Below are positions 1-9,653 of a stretch of DNA of 64,000 nt, piece after piece; position 1 is the first letter of the stretch, and every line of letters begins with the position of its first letter. The DNA comes from an uncultured Geobacter sp. GTDB taxonomy: Bacteria > Desulfobacterota > Desulfuromonadia > Geobacterales > DSM-12255. The stretch lies in contig CALMOE010000153.1 of the NCBI GenBank assembly GCA_937871715.1, positions 996 to 64,995 of the forward strand. Direction: 5' to 3'. The position numbers and the translations under genes were made by a program. The notes beneath the pieces were generated by a model that saw only the letters and a program-made list of their open reading frames with translations, was not told where the DNA came from and made no database searches.

Positions 1-243
1 CCCCCGGATGACCTCCAAACCGGCCGCGAGATTCATCCGGCTCTTTTTGTCCTTTTCTTCGCTCCCCTCTTGCGGAGGAATGACCAGGTTGGCAATCCTG
101 GTCTGCGTCCTGTAATTGTAGCCTGATGACTGGAAACTCTTTGTCACCGCCTGGTTCAACGCCTCGTGCGGCGGAAGGCTCCCCGCGCACCCCCCGAGGC
201 AGATCGCCAGCAGCATGATAGCTGCCGGAATAGAGTGTTTCAT
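1..243 (-). CDS. Lipoprotein of unknown function, 5' part only (gene continues past the window start)
   Basis: ATG at 243-241. My own translation is MKHSIPAAIMLLAICLGGCAGSLPPHEALNQ..., with lipobox LGGC. The frame stays open to base 1, so it is absent from the ORF track. Confidence 0.5.
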   Translation of the reverse strand, partial: MKHSIPAAIMLLAICLGGCAGSLPPHEALNQAVTKSFQSSGYNYRTQTRIANLVIPPQEGSEEKDKKSRMNLAAGLEVIRG

Positions 244-544
244 GTTTAGTGCTCCTCGCTATGTTCAGGTGAAGATGCTTGCGGATGGCAAATCCGCACA
301 TTTTTATTCGTTTGCAGGCCTGGATGCGATTTAATAATCCGCTCCCCGCCGGAACGCAAGAAGCCGCTTTCACCGGTGTTCGGGTAAAGCGGCTTCAATG
401 CTGTCACACTTATGTCTCCATCGCCATCATTCATCCCATCACATAAAAGTGCCCTCACATTAATACGCCCGGATGGCGCTGTCAACAGGTGATTAGGCCT
501 GTGCTGGCATCAGAGACGCCGCGGTCGGAGGCCTTCCGGCCAGG

Positions 545-949
545 TCACTTCCTCTCCTTGAGGATGTCCCTGATCTCGGACAGGAGCAGGGACTCGGCGG
601 ATGGTGCTGCCGGCGGTGGCGGCGCGGCCGCCTCCTTCTTCTTCAGGGTATTGACCACCTTCACCATGACGAACACCGCCGAGGCGATGATGGTGAAGTC
701 GATGATCGTCTGCAGGAACTTGCCGTAGGAGATGACCACCGCCGGCTTCTTCTCCACCGCCTCCCTAAGGACGAAGGAGAGATCGGAGAAGTCCACCCCC
801 CCCACCAGCACGCCGACCGGCGGCATGATCACGTCGCCGACAAAGGAGGTGACGATCTTGCCGAATGCCGCGCCGATGATGATACCCACCGCCATGTCGA
901 CCACATTCCCCTTGACGGCGAACTCCCTGAACTCCTGCAATATCCCCAT
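545..949 (-). CDS. mscL: Large-conductance mechanosensitive channel
   Basis: 134 aa. [33 protein letters not shown] plus a second TM helix and a charged C-tail is the MscL family signature. Confidence 0.95.
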   Translation of the reverse strand: MGILQEFREFAVKGNVVDMAVGIIIGAAFGKIVTSFVGDVIMPPVGVLVGGVDFSDLSFVLREAVEKKPAVVISYGKFLQTIIDFTIIASAVFVMVKVVNTLKKKEAAAPPPPAAPSAESLLLSEIRDILKERK

Positions 950-979
950 AAAGTCACCCCCTGGATCAACGCTATCCGA

Positions 980-1648
980 TTAGGTTCTTGCGATCCCCGC
1001 ATCCCCCCCTCTCCCTAGCCCTCTCCCACCTGGGGAGAGGGGATTAAAGGCTCCCCTCCCTCCGATGGGAGGGGCTGGGGAGATGAGCGGATAATCGCAG
1101 AGGGCTACCACCACGCCGCTGACGGTGCGGATCAGACAGCTATCCTTTTTCAGGTCAACGAAACAGTTGAGGGGCTCCATGGGGGCGTGGGCCAGGCAGG
1201 GTACCTGGTACTCAGCCTCAAAGCGCTTGTCGGCGCGGGCCAGGACGACCGGGGCGTCACCATCTTTGCGGGCTGCCATGCCGGGGGTGGCTGCCAGGCG
1301 GGCGTACTCCTTTGCCATTGCCGCGGTCGAGACACTCGCCCCCTCCCCCTCATCCCAGATCACCTGCAACTGCTCGCGCCCCTTCGTGGCCTGCCAGAAA
1401 CCGTCGGCCACCACCGCCACACCGGCCTCCACCACTGCCACCTGCCTCACCCCAGGGACGGCCACCTCTCCGACCGCGGTACTGCAGGCTCTTTTGGCCT
1501 CGCCATCCACGAGCACCGTGCATGCTCCGCAGAGACCTGCACCACAACCGTACTTGGTCCCCATCAGCTGCAGCTGTTCCCGCAGAACCCAGAGCAGAGG
1601 TGTGTCCTCCGGCACGTCCAGTGACTGTTTCCTGCCGTTGGTAACCAT
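980..1648 (-). pseudogene. Relic of an IorA/IorB-type molybdoenzyme pair: 2Fe-2S subunit N-terminus fused in frame to an internal fragment of the large subunit
   Basis: MVTNGRKQSLDVPEDTPLLWVLREQLQLMGTKYGCGAGLCGACTVLVDGEAKRAC is only the first ~60 aa of a small subunit. It continues directly into VAVVADGFWQATKGREQLQVIWDEG...LAHAPMEPLNCFVDLKKDSC, the middle of an IorB-type subunit. The tail PLSPGGRGLGRGG is read from a hairpin repeat. Confidence 0.7.
1003..1074. repeat. G-run/C-run double-hairpin element (REP/MITE-like)
   Basis: Hairpins ccctctccc-acctg-gggagaggg (1019-1041) and cccctccc-tccgat-gggagggg (1053-1074), preceded by a half copy ccccccctctccc (1003-1015). Confidence 0.5.
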
Positions 1649-1772
1649 CCACCCTCTCCTTTCCTCTAAAAGCTTCCAAGCTGGCAGTAGCATCTGACTG
1701 ATTAGTAATGGCACATGTTCAACCGAGAAGTTTAGCAGCTTCGGAGGATTTGCACCCAGCCCTCCTGCAGGC

Positions 1773-2294
1773 CTATCTCGGCCGCCCCAGGGGGTCCCTC
1801 CCCCGGCTGCCGCTTGCGGCCGTTTCGGGGAGCAGCACCAGGTCGAAGCCGGCTCTTTTGGCCCCCTTCAGCGGGTAGTGCTGGGTTATGACTCCGTCAT
1901 ACCCCCTGGCGTCGACGACGAAATGGATGTGGGGCCTGCCGCCGCCGTAGGGTGGCGGTAAGCTTGTCTGCAGGCGGTAGCGGCCATCTGCGCCGGAGTA
2001 GATGGTGGCCCGGTGATCATCGTCGTAGCGGCCATCTGGCCCGACCTGCCACACCTCGATGCGGGCATTGGCTACGGGGGAGCAGTCCCTGGCCGAGCGG
2101 ACGGTGCCGCTCAGCTCGTACCCCTTGCCGATGCTGCTGCGCACTGGAGCGCCGGGTCGGTAGAAGGGGCCGATCTCGGCCCAGGGGGTGGGGGTGCAAC
2201 GGTAGGATTCGGCTCCCCAGCCGGCAGGGGCAAGGAGCGCCAGCAGCAGGAACCCGCCTTGGAGCACGCCAGTCCAGTGACCTGGAGGGTTCAT
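1773..2294 (-). CDS. Secreted intradiol ring-cleavage dioxygenase-like protein
   Basis: Start taken at MNPPGHW (ATG 2294), with a signal-like LLLALLAPAGWGA. EIGPFYRPGAP...ARIEVWQVGPDGRYDD...GGGRPHIHFVV matches the intradiol dioxygenase core. Confidence 0.75.
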   Translation of the reverse strand: MNPPGHWTGVLQGGFLLLALLAPAGWGAESYRCTPTPWAEIGPFYRPGAPVRSSIGKGYELSGTVRSARDCSPVANARIEVWQVGPDGRYDDDHRATIYSGADGRYRLQTSLPPPYGGGRPHIHFVVDARGYDGVITQHYPLKGAKRAGFDLVLLPETAASGSRGRDPLGRPR

Positions 2295-2509
2295 CCGCCG
2301 GCCTCCCCCCCCAGCCTGGCCTGGCAGTCGGCAAGCCGCCCCTGCAGCTCCTTCTCCCTCTGCCAGCGGTCGGTTACGTCGCGCATCAGCGCGCCGCGGT
2401 TCCAGTAGCGGATGATCCCCCCCCGATCCGCGGCGAGGATGGCGTCCGGGGCACACTCCAGCAGCTGTTTCAAGATATCGTCCATGCCCCCCCCCTTGAA
2501 CCGGCTCAC
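2291..2509 (-). CDS. Truncated PAS-domain mini-protein (possible relic)
   Basis: PDAILAADRGGIIRYWNRGA is the N-terminal half of a PAS fold and is followed at once by a post-PAS linker (RDVTDRWQREKELQ). Only 64-72 aa. There are 4-nt overlaps with both neighbours (GTGA at 2506-2509, ATGA at 2291-2294). Confidence 0.45.
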   Translation of the reverse strand: MSRFKGGGMDDILKQLLECAPDAILAADRGGIIRYWNRGALMRDVTDRWQREKELQGRLADCQARLGGEAGG

Positions 2510-3105
2510 TTATCCACGGACTTGATCAGCTCCACCTCCAGGGTGATGGTGACTTCGTCGCCGACCACTACCCCACCGGTCTCCAGGGCCTTGTTCCAGG
2601 TCAGGCCGAAATCCTTGCGGTTGATCGTCGCGCTCGCCGTCGTGCCGCGGCGGATGTTACCCCACGGGTCCCTGCTCTCCGGCGAGATCGGCTCCACATC
2701 CAGCACCACCTCCCTGGTGATGCCGTGGATGGTCAGATCCCCGCTGATTTTCAGCCTGCCGTTGGCCCCCGGGGCCACCTTCCTGGAGACGAAGGTCATG
2801 AGCGGATGTTTTGCCACGTCGAAGAAGTCGGGGCTGCGCAGGTGCTCGTCCCGCTTCTCCACCCCGGTGTTGATGGAGCCGGTCTCGATGGAGACCTCGA
2901 CCCTGGATCTGGCGATATCCGTGTCGTTCATCTCCACCTTGCCGGAAAACTTCTCGAAGTTCCCCCTGACGTTGGAGACCATCAGGTGCCTGACCTTGAA
3001 GCCGATGTGGGAATGCTCGGGATCTATCTTCCAGGTGGAGGCACAGGCAATAACCGGCATGAGCAGGACAATCATGGCACCTATCGCGGCTAGCAGACGT
3101 TTCAT
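2506..3105 (-). CDS. YceI-family periplasmic polyisoprenoid-binding protein
   Basis: Start at MKRLLAAIGAMIVLL (ATG 3105) with a signal peptide. WKIDPEHSHIGFKVRHLMVSNVRGNFEKFSG...HGITREV is typical of YceI. Confidence 0.9.
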   Translation of the reverse strand: MKRLLAAIGAMIVLLMPVIACASTWKIDPEHSHIGFKVRHLMVSNVRGNFEKFSGKVEMNDTDIARSRVEVSIETGSINTGVEKRDEHLRSPDFFDVAKHPLMTFVSRKVAPGANGRLKISGDLTIHGITREVVLDVEPISPESRDPWGNIRRGTTASATINRKDFGLTWNKALETGGVVVGDEVTITLEVELIKSVDK

Positions 3106-3265
3106 GGCATATCTCCTTTGACTGTTATGGGGATGCATCAGAGCTAATTCTAGCAGGCTTTGCGACATTTTCCCGACTGGGGGGTCCGGACAAAAAAAGC
3201 CACAGGCAGGTAGCCTGTGGCTGGATTCATGGTCTGGAAGCCGGTAATGGCGAAGGGGTGAGCGC

Positions 3266-4057
3266 CTACAGCGGAGAGTCACCGACGATGCGCACCCTGG
3301 GACCGCTTTTCAGCAGGGAGAAGTCGTCCTTCTCCCCTGCCGGGCCGACGACCCATTCGTAGAGGGTGCGGGAATCCTGGAGCTTGCCACCTTTGGAGAA
3401 GCGGTAGTATTTGCGCTGCATCTCCTCATCGTAGAGACCTATGCAGCCGTGGGAGGCGGGGAAACCGGGGAGATCCCGGCCATGCATCCAGAAGGAGACC
3501 TCGTGCCTGTTGACGAAGAAGCGCAGGCCGTAGTGCATCGGATAGGGGATGTTGGTCTTTTCGATCTTGTAGAGGGAGGACTTGTGGCGGCGGCTGAAGG
3601 CGGAAACCCTGAAGTCGCCGGTGGGGGTGCGGAACTTGCTGTTGCCGGAAGCAATTGGGAAGGAGAGGACCTTCCTGCCGTACTCGTAGGCGGCGAGGAA
3701 CTGCTCGGAGAGGTCCACCAGGATGAACTTCTCCTCCCGGGCGGCATCTTCGTAGAAGTCTGGGAGCGGGGAGAATCCGGCGATATCCCGGGGGTTCCTC
3801 GGTATCTTGATGGAGACCCCCGGGTAGAGGTGACGGCGGTCGATGCGATTGAAGCGGAGCAGGTCGGGCCAGAGGTCGCCGAAGAGCTTCTCCGGAGTCT
3901 CACCTCTCCTCAGGCGGTGGCACTCCCAGTCAACCCTCTCATCGCTGGGGTAGCTGATACCGCAGAGATTCAGTATCTTCCGCGACTCCCCCCTTGCTGC
4001 CGGAGGTAGTGTAAGCGTGACGAACAGGAGCAGGAAGAGGGCTGGGCGGAGATACAT
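3266..4057 (-). CDS. L,D-transpeptidase (YkuD domain)
   Basis: Signal peptide. The catalytic motif HGRDLPGFPASHGCIGL (SHGC) lies at the end of a YkuD-like domain. Confidence 0.9.
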   Translation of the reverse strand: MYLRPALFLLLFVTLTLPPAARGESRKILNLCGISYPSDERVDWECHRLRRGETPEKLFGDLWPDLLRFNRIDRRHLYPGVSIKIPRNPRDIAGFSPLPDFYEDAAREEKFILVDLSEQFLAAYEYGRKVLSFPIASGNSKFRTPTGDFRVSAFSRRHKSSLYKIEKTNIPYPMHYGLRFFVNRHEVSFWMHGRDLPGFPASHGCIGLYDEEMQRKYYRFSKGGKLQDSRTLYEWVVGPAGEKDDFSLLKSGPRVRIVGDSPL

Positions 4058-4061
4058 TATC

Positions 4062-4649
4062 TCACCATGTTCTGAATTTCCCCGAGTCGATATGGACGAA
4101 CCCAGCCCCGGGATAATAACCGACGCCGCCGAGCTTCAGGGCAACCGCCGTGCGCCTGACAGTCGGCAGGTCGATACCGGGGATGGCGATGTCAATGGCC
4201 TTGCCGGACATGTGCAGGCTATGCCTGGCCACGTGACGGCCGCTGCTTGCCAGGAACCTGTTGTAGGCCGGAGAACGGTAGCCGGAGATGATATGGATCT
4301 CGTTCCCCCCCCCCAGCCTGTTGTCCAGCAGGTTCAGGTATTCGATGGTGTTGACGTCCATGACCGTCTGCTGGTTGCTGAAGTGACATCTCAGTATCCA
4401 GTTTACCCCATTAAGGGCGTCTATGTCGTAGCTGCCGTCGTTTTTTCTGAAATCGACGCTGATCCGCTCCTGGGTATGGGTGTTGAAAAGGGTCAAGGAG
4501 CCCTTGTCAGTGGGTATCAGCCTGGCAAGCGACTTCTCACCGGCACCGATGGCCAGTGCACCTGCCAGCGCCGATTGCAGAAACATCCTTCTGCTCAGTT
4601 TTTTCGAAAACAAGTTCCATCCCCCGTCTCCCTGGTCTCCTCCTGTCAT
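4062..4649 (-). CDS. DUF882 / peptidase M15 family protein (YcbK/MepK-like), Tat-exported
   Basis: Twin-arginine signal SRRMFLQSALAGA. ISGYRSPAYN...HMSGKAIDI...GGVGYYPGAGFVHIDSG is the YcbK-type metal-binding core. It stops 4 nt before the L,D-transpeptidase start. Confidence 0.85.
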   Translation of the reverse strand: MTGGDQGDGGWNLFSKKLSRRMFLQSALAGALAIGAGEKSLARLIPTDKGSLTLFNTHTQERISVDFRKNDGSYDIDALNGVNWILRCHFSNQQTVMDVNTIEYLNLLDNRLGGGNEIHIISGYRSPAYNRFLASSGRHVARHSLHMSGKAIDIAIPGIDLPTVRRTAVALKLGGVGYYPGAGFVHIDSGKFRTW

Positions 4650-4831
4650 ATCAATAAAAAGAGCTTATTTTTTAACAATTTACAAATCGGATTGTCAAGC
4701 CAATAAGCTTTAATCAAAAAGCAGTGACCAATAGGACCGTATTGGTCTTTTTATTGTTGACGCGCCCCCTCTCCCCGTTGTAGAGTGAATGTACCTGTTG
4801 ACCAGACCACGATGGAAAGGAGATTACGCAG

Positions 4832-4894
4832 ATGTGGACCGAGAAATTCCGTATTCGCCCTGTTTCCCATTGCAAGGAAGGGTGCAGTATTTAG
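4832..4894 (+). CDS. Candidate 20-aa micro-ORF (MWTEKFRIRPVSHCKEGCSI) or the body of a small RNA
   Basis: SD ggaaaggag lies 9 nt upstream of the ATG. Promoter-like TTGACG (4757-4762), 18 nt, TG-TAGAGT (4779-4786). Followed by a hairpin at 4895-4915 and a terminator. Confidence 0.25.
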   Translation: MWTEKFRIRPVSHCKEGCSI

Positions 4895-4923
4895 CCCGTC
4901 AGCTACGTTGACGGGCTACCAGC

Positions 4924-4959
4924 AAAAAAAGCCCCCGCATTTCGCGGGGGCTTTTTTTT
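4924..4959. terminator. Bidirectional rho-independent terminator
   Basis: A7-gcccccgc-atttc-gcgggggc-T8. It sits 55 nt downstream of the outer-membrane factor gene (minus strand) and ends the small plus-strand unit. Confidence 0.8.
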
Positions 4960-5014
4960 GCTGAAACATCAACCGTTTAACCGAATGTCACGGGTCACCC
5001 GGGGGGTGGTCCCG

Positions 5015-6433
5015 TCACTTCGTCCCTCCTCCCAGCACCCTGTAAAGGGTCACCTGGTTGGCCAGGCGGGCGAGCCTGACCCCGATCACCCCCTGCTGGG
5101 CGGCATAGAGGGAGCGCTGGGCATCCAGCACCTGCAGATAGCTGTCCACCCCCTTGTCGTAGCGGGCCACGGAGAGCCTGTGGCTCTCGGTAGCGGCATC
5201 GACCAGGGAGCTTTGGGCAGCCAACTGCTCGTCGATTGTCCCCCTCTGGGCCAGGGCATCGGCCACTTCACGGAAAGCAATCTGAATGGATTTCTCGTAT
5301 CTGGCAACAGCCAGGTTCCTGTCCGCCTCGGCGACTGCCAGATTCGCCCTGTTGCTGCCGGCGTCGAAGATGGGGAGGGTGATGCGCGGGGCAAAGCTCC
5401 AGGCGAAGGAGCCTGCCTTGAAAAGCCCGGTCAGCTCGTCGCTCCCCACCCCCACGGCCGAGACCAGGGTTATGCGGGGGAAGAACGCGGCCCGGGCCGC
5501 GCCGATGTTGGCATTGGCACTTTTCAGCTCCCCCTCGGCCTGGAGGATATCCGGGCGACCGAGAAGAACGTCCGACGACACTCCTGGTTGGACATCCTTC
5601 AGTGCCGTGGCGCTCGTGGAGAGGGAAGTGGGCAGCAGCCCCGGGGGGAGAGTGGAGCCTACCACCAGGCTCAGGGCGTTCTCGTCCTGGGCGACCAGGG
5701 TGGTGTATCTGGCAATATCCACCCTGGCGGCATCGACGCTGCTCTGCGCCTGGTTGAGATCAAGGGCAGAGGAGATCCCTGCCTCGAAGCGGTTTTTGGT
5801 GAGCCTGTACGATTCCTGCTGGTTGACTTGAGTCTCCCTGGCAAGCTGCAGCCTCTCCCTGTCAGCCGCCAGGGTGAGATAGGCTGCGGCGACCTGGGAG
5901 ATCAGGGAGATCTGCACGCTGCGCCGAGCCTGCTCCGTGGCAAGGTACTGCTCCAGGGCCTGCTCTTTTAGGCTGGCAACCCGGCCGAACAGGTCGACCT
6001 CGTAGGAGCTGATCCCCAGGCCGACGAGATACTGGGCGGTGTTGCTTGCCTTGCCGGAGGAGGTGAGATCCTCGGGGACCCTCTGGATGGTCGCGCTTGC
6101 GGAGGCGTCCACCCTGGGGAATAGGTCGGAGCGCCTGATATCGTAAAGGGCGCGGAAACGCTCAATGTTCAGGGCGGCGATCCTCAGGTCGCGGTTGCTC
6201 TCAAGGGCCAGTTCGATCAGCTTCTGCAGCCGGGGGTCGACGAAGAAGTCGCGCCAGGGGATGTCGGCCATTGGCTTCGCCGCCGGAGCGGGGGGAGCCG
6301 CTGGTTGCAGTGCCGCGGATGACGTCAGGGCGGCCGGCACAGGAGAAGCCGGACGTTCGTACTTCGGGGCCATGGATGCACAACCTCCAAGGCCAAGGGT
6401 CAAGATGACGATGGGTAGCAATGGGCGTTTCAT
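5015..6433 (-). CDS. RND efflux outer-membrane factor lipoprotein (NodT/OprM family)
   Basis: Lipobox LGLGGC. Two OEP repeats. It lies 1 nt downstream of the RND pump gene. Confidence 0.9.
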   Translation of the reverse strand: MKRPLLPIVILTLGLGGCASMAPKYERPASPVPAALTSSAALQPAAPPAPAAKPMADIPWRDFFVDPRLQKLIELALESNRDLRIAALNIERFRALYDIRRSDLFPRVDASASATIQRVPEDLTSSGKASNTAQYLVGLGISSYEVDLFGRVASLKEQALEQYLATEQARRSVQISLISQVAAAYLTLAADRERLQLARETQVNQQESYRLTKNRFEAGISSALDLNQAQSSVDAARVDIARYTTLVAQDENALSLVVGSTLPPGLLPTSLSTSATALKDVQPGVSSDVLLGRPDILQAEGELKSANANIGAARAAFFPRITLVSAVGVGSDELTGLFKAGSFAWSFAPRITLPIFDAGSNRANLAVAEADRNLAVARYEKSIQIAFREVADALAQRGTIDEQLAAQSSLVDAATESHRLSVARYDKGVDSYLQVLDAQRSLYAAQQGVIGVRLARLANQVTLYRVLGGGTK

Positions 6434-6434
6434 A

Positions 6435-9400
6435 TCACTTCACCTCCCCGGTGTTGGCTGCGACAGCTCCCCCTTCATGGGCCTTGTACCTCTTCCTGCC
6501 GAAGAGACGTGACACCATGACGAAGAAGAAGGGGATGAAGAGCAGGTCGATGAAGGTTGCCGACAAGAGTCCGCCGGTTACGGCGGTACCGATGGCGTTC
6601 TGGGCCGCCGCCCCGGCACCCTTGGTAAGGGCCAGGGGGAGAGTGCCGAAGAAGAACGCCAGGGAGGTCATGATGACCGGTCGGAGCCTTATCTTCACCG
6701 CCGCCAGGGTGGCATCCACAAGGTCGTGGCCTTGGTGGAGCTGGTCCTTGATAAACTGGATGATGAGGATGGCGTTCTTGGTGGAGAGCCCCACAGTTGT
6801 CAGCAGGCCGATCTGCAGGTAGACGTCGTTGGGGAGCATGCGCAGCTTGACCGCCGTCACCGCCCCCACCAGCCCCAGGGGGAGCATGAGCAGGTTGACG
6901 AAGGGGATGGTCCAGCTTTCGTAGAGGGCCGCCACGGCGAGGAAGACCACCAGCAGGGAGATGGCGTACAGGGCCGGGGCCTGGGCTCCGGCGTTCTTCT
7001 CCTCGTATGACAGCCCGGTCCATTCGAAGCCGATACCCGGTGTCAACTGGGCCGCCATCTTCTCCATCTCGGCCATCGCCTCGCCGGTGCTCACCCCCGG
7101 GGCGGCCTGCCCCAGGATCTCAACGGACGGTATGCCGTTGTAGCGCTCCAGCCGTGGTGAGCCGTACTGCCAACGGGCCTTGGCAAAGGCGGAGAACGGG
7201 ACCATCTCCCCCTTGTTGTTCCTCACGTACCAGCGGTTGATATCCTCCGGCACCATCCGGTGGAGGGGGGCGGACTGGAGATAAACCTTCTTCACCCTGC
7301 CGTTCTGGATGAAGTCGTTGACGTAGGACCCACCCCAGGCTGTTGCCAGCACGCTGTTGACGTCGGCAAGGGATACCCCCAGTGCTCCTGCCCGCACATC
7401 ATCGATATCCAGCTTGAACTGGGGGGAGTCATCCTGGCCGTTGGGGCGAACCGCAACGAGCCTGGGGTTTTTCATGGCCATGCCAAGGAGCTGGTTCCTG
7501 GCCTCCATCAGCTTCTCGTGCCCCAATCCGCCGCGATCCTGCAGCTGCAGGTCGAAACCGTTAGCCACCCCCAGCTCCAGAACCGCCGGCGGCGAGAAGG
7601 CGAAGGCCAGGCCGTCGCGGATTTTCGAGAAGGCCCCCATGGCGCGCTTCGCCACGGCCTTTGCCTTAAGTTCCGGACTCTTCCTCTGGTTCCAGTCCTT
7701 CAACTTGACCCAGGCGAGCCCCATGTTCTGACCGCGGCCGGCGAAGCTGAACCCGGCAACGGTGATGATCCCATCTACGGTCTTCTTCTCCTTTTCCAGG
7801 AAATGCTGCTCCAGCTGGCGTATCACCTGGATGGTCCGCTCCTGGGTGGCTCCGGCGGGGAGCTGCACCTGGCAGATGAGGAACCCCTGGTCCTCGTCGG
7901 GGAGGAAGGAGGTGGGTAGATGGAGGAAAAACCACCCCATGGCGATGACGATGACGGCATAGACCAGCAGGTAACGCACCGGCTTGCCGAAGGAGCGGCC
8001 GACGATCCCTTCGTACTTGCCGCGGCAGAAGTCGAACGCCTTGTTGAAGCGGCGGAAGAACCAGCTTAAGGGGCCGCTCTCGCCGAAGTGCTCCCCCTTG
8101 CCGACCGGCCTGAGGATGGTGGCGCAGAGGGCAGGGGTCAGGATCTGGGCCACCAGCACGGAGAGGATCATGGCCGAGATTATGGTTATGGAGAACTGGC
8201 GGTAGATGACCCCGGTGGAGCCGCTGAAGAAGGCCATGGGGAGGAATACCGCCGAAAGGACCGTGGCGATCCCCCAGAGGGCGCTGGTGATCTGCCCCAT
8301 GGACTTTATCGTGGCGTCATGGGGGGAGAGCCCCTCCTCGGTCATGATCCTCTCCACGTTTTCGACGACGACGATGGCGTCGTCCACCAGCAGGCCGATG
8401 ACAAGCACCAGGGCGAACATGGTCAGGGTGTTGATGGAGAAGCCGCAAGCGGCCAGAACCCCCATGGTCCCGAGGAGGACCACCGGCACGGCAATGGTGG
8501 GTATCAAAGTGGCGCGGAAATTCTGCAGGAAGAGGAACATGATGATGAAGACCAGCAGCACCGCCTCCACCAGGGTCTGCACCACCTCCTCGATGGATAT
8601 CTTCACGAAGGGGGTGGTGTCGTAGGGGTAGACGACCTTCATCCCAGGCGGAAAATATCTGGAGAGCTCGGCCATCTTCGCCTTGACCCGCTCCCCGGTA
8701 TCCAGGGCGTTGGCGCCGGCGGCCAGGCGGATGGCCATCCCCCCCAGGGGCTTGCCGTTGTAATAGGAGAGGATTTCGTAGTTTTCGGTGCCGATCCTGA
8801 TCTCTGCCACATCCTTGAGCCGCACAGTTGAGCCGTCGCCGTTGGTTCTGAGGACGATGTCATTGAACTGCTCCGGCGTCTGCAGCAGGGAACGGGCATT
8901 GATGGTGGCGTTCAGCTGCTGCCCCTGGATGGACGGCGCACCGCCGAACTGGCCGGCAGAGACCTGGGCGTTCTGGGCCTGCAGGGCGGCAATAACCTCG
9001 CTAGTCGTCAGGTGGTAGCTGTTCAGCTTGGCCGGATCCAGCCAGATACGCATGGCGTTCTGGGAGCCGAAGATCGTCACCTCGCCCACCCCTTCGAGCC
9101 GGCTGACGATATCCTGGACATTGGATACCAGGTAGTCGGTCAGGTCGTAGCGGCTCATGGAGCCGTCTTCCGAGACCAGGCCGACGATCATGAGGAAATT
9201 TCGGGTGGACTTGACCACCTGGATCCCCTGTCGCTGCACCACCTGGGGGAGGAGCGGGGTGGCGAGCTGCAGCTTGTTCTGCACCTGCACCTGGGCCACG
9301 TTCGGATCGGTGCCGGCCTTGAAGGTCAGGTTTATGGAGACCACGCCGGCCGAGTCGCTGGTGGACGACATGTAGATCAGGTCGTCGATGCCGTTCAGCT

Positions 9401-9602
9401 TCTGCTCGATCACCTGGGTGACCGTGTCCTGCACCGTCTGGGCGGAAGCACCTGGGTAGGTGGCGTTGATGGTGATCTGCGGAGGGGCGATGCGCGGGTA
9501 CTGGGACACTGGTAGGCCCTTGATCGCCAGAAGGCCGCCAAGCATGACCAGGATGGCAATTACCCAGGCAAAGATCGGCCTGTTTATGAAAAATCGGGAC
9601 AT
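6435..9602 (-). CDS. RND multidrug efflux permease (AcrB/MexB family)
   Basis: 1055 aa. [21 protein letters not shown] start and 12-TM HAE1 architecture. Confidence 0.95.
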   Translation of the reverse strand: MSRFFINRPIFAWVIAILVMLGGLLAIKGLPVSQYPRIAPPQITINATYPGASAQTVQDTVTQVIEQKLNGIDDLIYMSSTSDSAGVVSINLTFKAGTDPNVAQVQVQNKLQLATPLLPQVVQRQGIQVVKSTRNFLMIVGLVSEDGSMSRYDLTDYLVSNVQDIVSRLEGVGEVTIFGSQNAMRIWLDPAKLNSYHLTTSEVIAALQAQNAQVSAGQFGGAPSIQGQQLNATINARSLLQTPEQFNDIVLRTNGDGSTVRLKDVAEIRIGTENYEILSYYNGKPLGGMAIRLAAGANALDTGERVKAKMAELSRYFPPGMKVVYPYDTTPFVKISIEEVVQTLVEAVLLVFIIMFLFLQNFRATLIPTIAVPVVLLGTMGVLAACGFSINTLTMFALVLVIGLLVDDAIVVVENVERIMTEEGLSPHDATIKSMGQITSALWGIATVLSAVFLPMAFFSGSTGVIYRQFSITIISAMILSVLVAQILTPALCATILRPVGKGEHFGESGPLSWFFRRFNKAFDFCRGKYEGIVGRSFGKPVRYLLVYAVIVIAMGWFFLHLPTSFLPDEDQGFLICQVQLPAGATQERTIQVIRQLEQHFLEKEKKTVDGIITVAGFSFAGRGQNMGLAWVKLKDWNQRKSPELKAKAVAKRAMGAFSKIRDGLAFAFSPPAVLELGVANGFDLQLQDRGGLGHEKLMEARNQLLGMAMKNPRLVAVRPNGQDDSPQFKLDIDDVRAGALGVSLADVNSVLATAWGGSYVNDFIQNGRVKKVYLQSAPLHRMVPEDINRWYVRNNKGEMVPFSAFAKARWQYGSPRLERYNGIPSVEILGQAAPGVSTGEAMAEMEKMAAQLTPGIGFEWTGLSYEEKNAGAQAPALYAISLLVVFLAVAALYESWTIPFVNLLMLPLGLVGAVTAVKLRMLPNDVYLQIGLLTTVGLSTKNAILIIQFIKDQLHQGHDLVDATLAAVKIRLRPVIMTSLAFFFGTLPLALTKGAGAAAQNAIGTAVTGGLLSATFIDLLFIPFFFVMVSRLFGRKRYKAHEGGAVAANTGEVK

Positions 9603-9653
9603 GATGAAGCTCCTTGATGTTGCGCTGTCTGGGCTAAGCGAGACCGAGCCGGC

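Noticed and set aside
246-485. 79-aa minus-strand ORF between the partial lipoprotein and mscL
   Set aside because: It has no SD and an odd composition. It spans a region with an 11-bp-stem hairpin (gaagccgcttt…aaagcggcttc, about 359-395) that more likely belongs to an untranslated spacer.
1952-3121. 389-aa plus-strand ORF
   Set aside because: It is antisense to the dioxygenase, mini-PAS and YceI genes. The product is Arg/Pro/Gly-rich, an artefact of stop-codon scarcity in GC-rich DNA.
4958-5971. 337-aa plus-strand ORF starting in the terminator T-run
   Set aside because: It is antisense to the outer-membrane factor gene, and its TTG start lies inside the terminator stem-loop tail.
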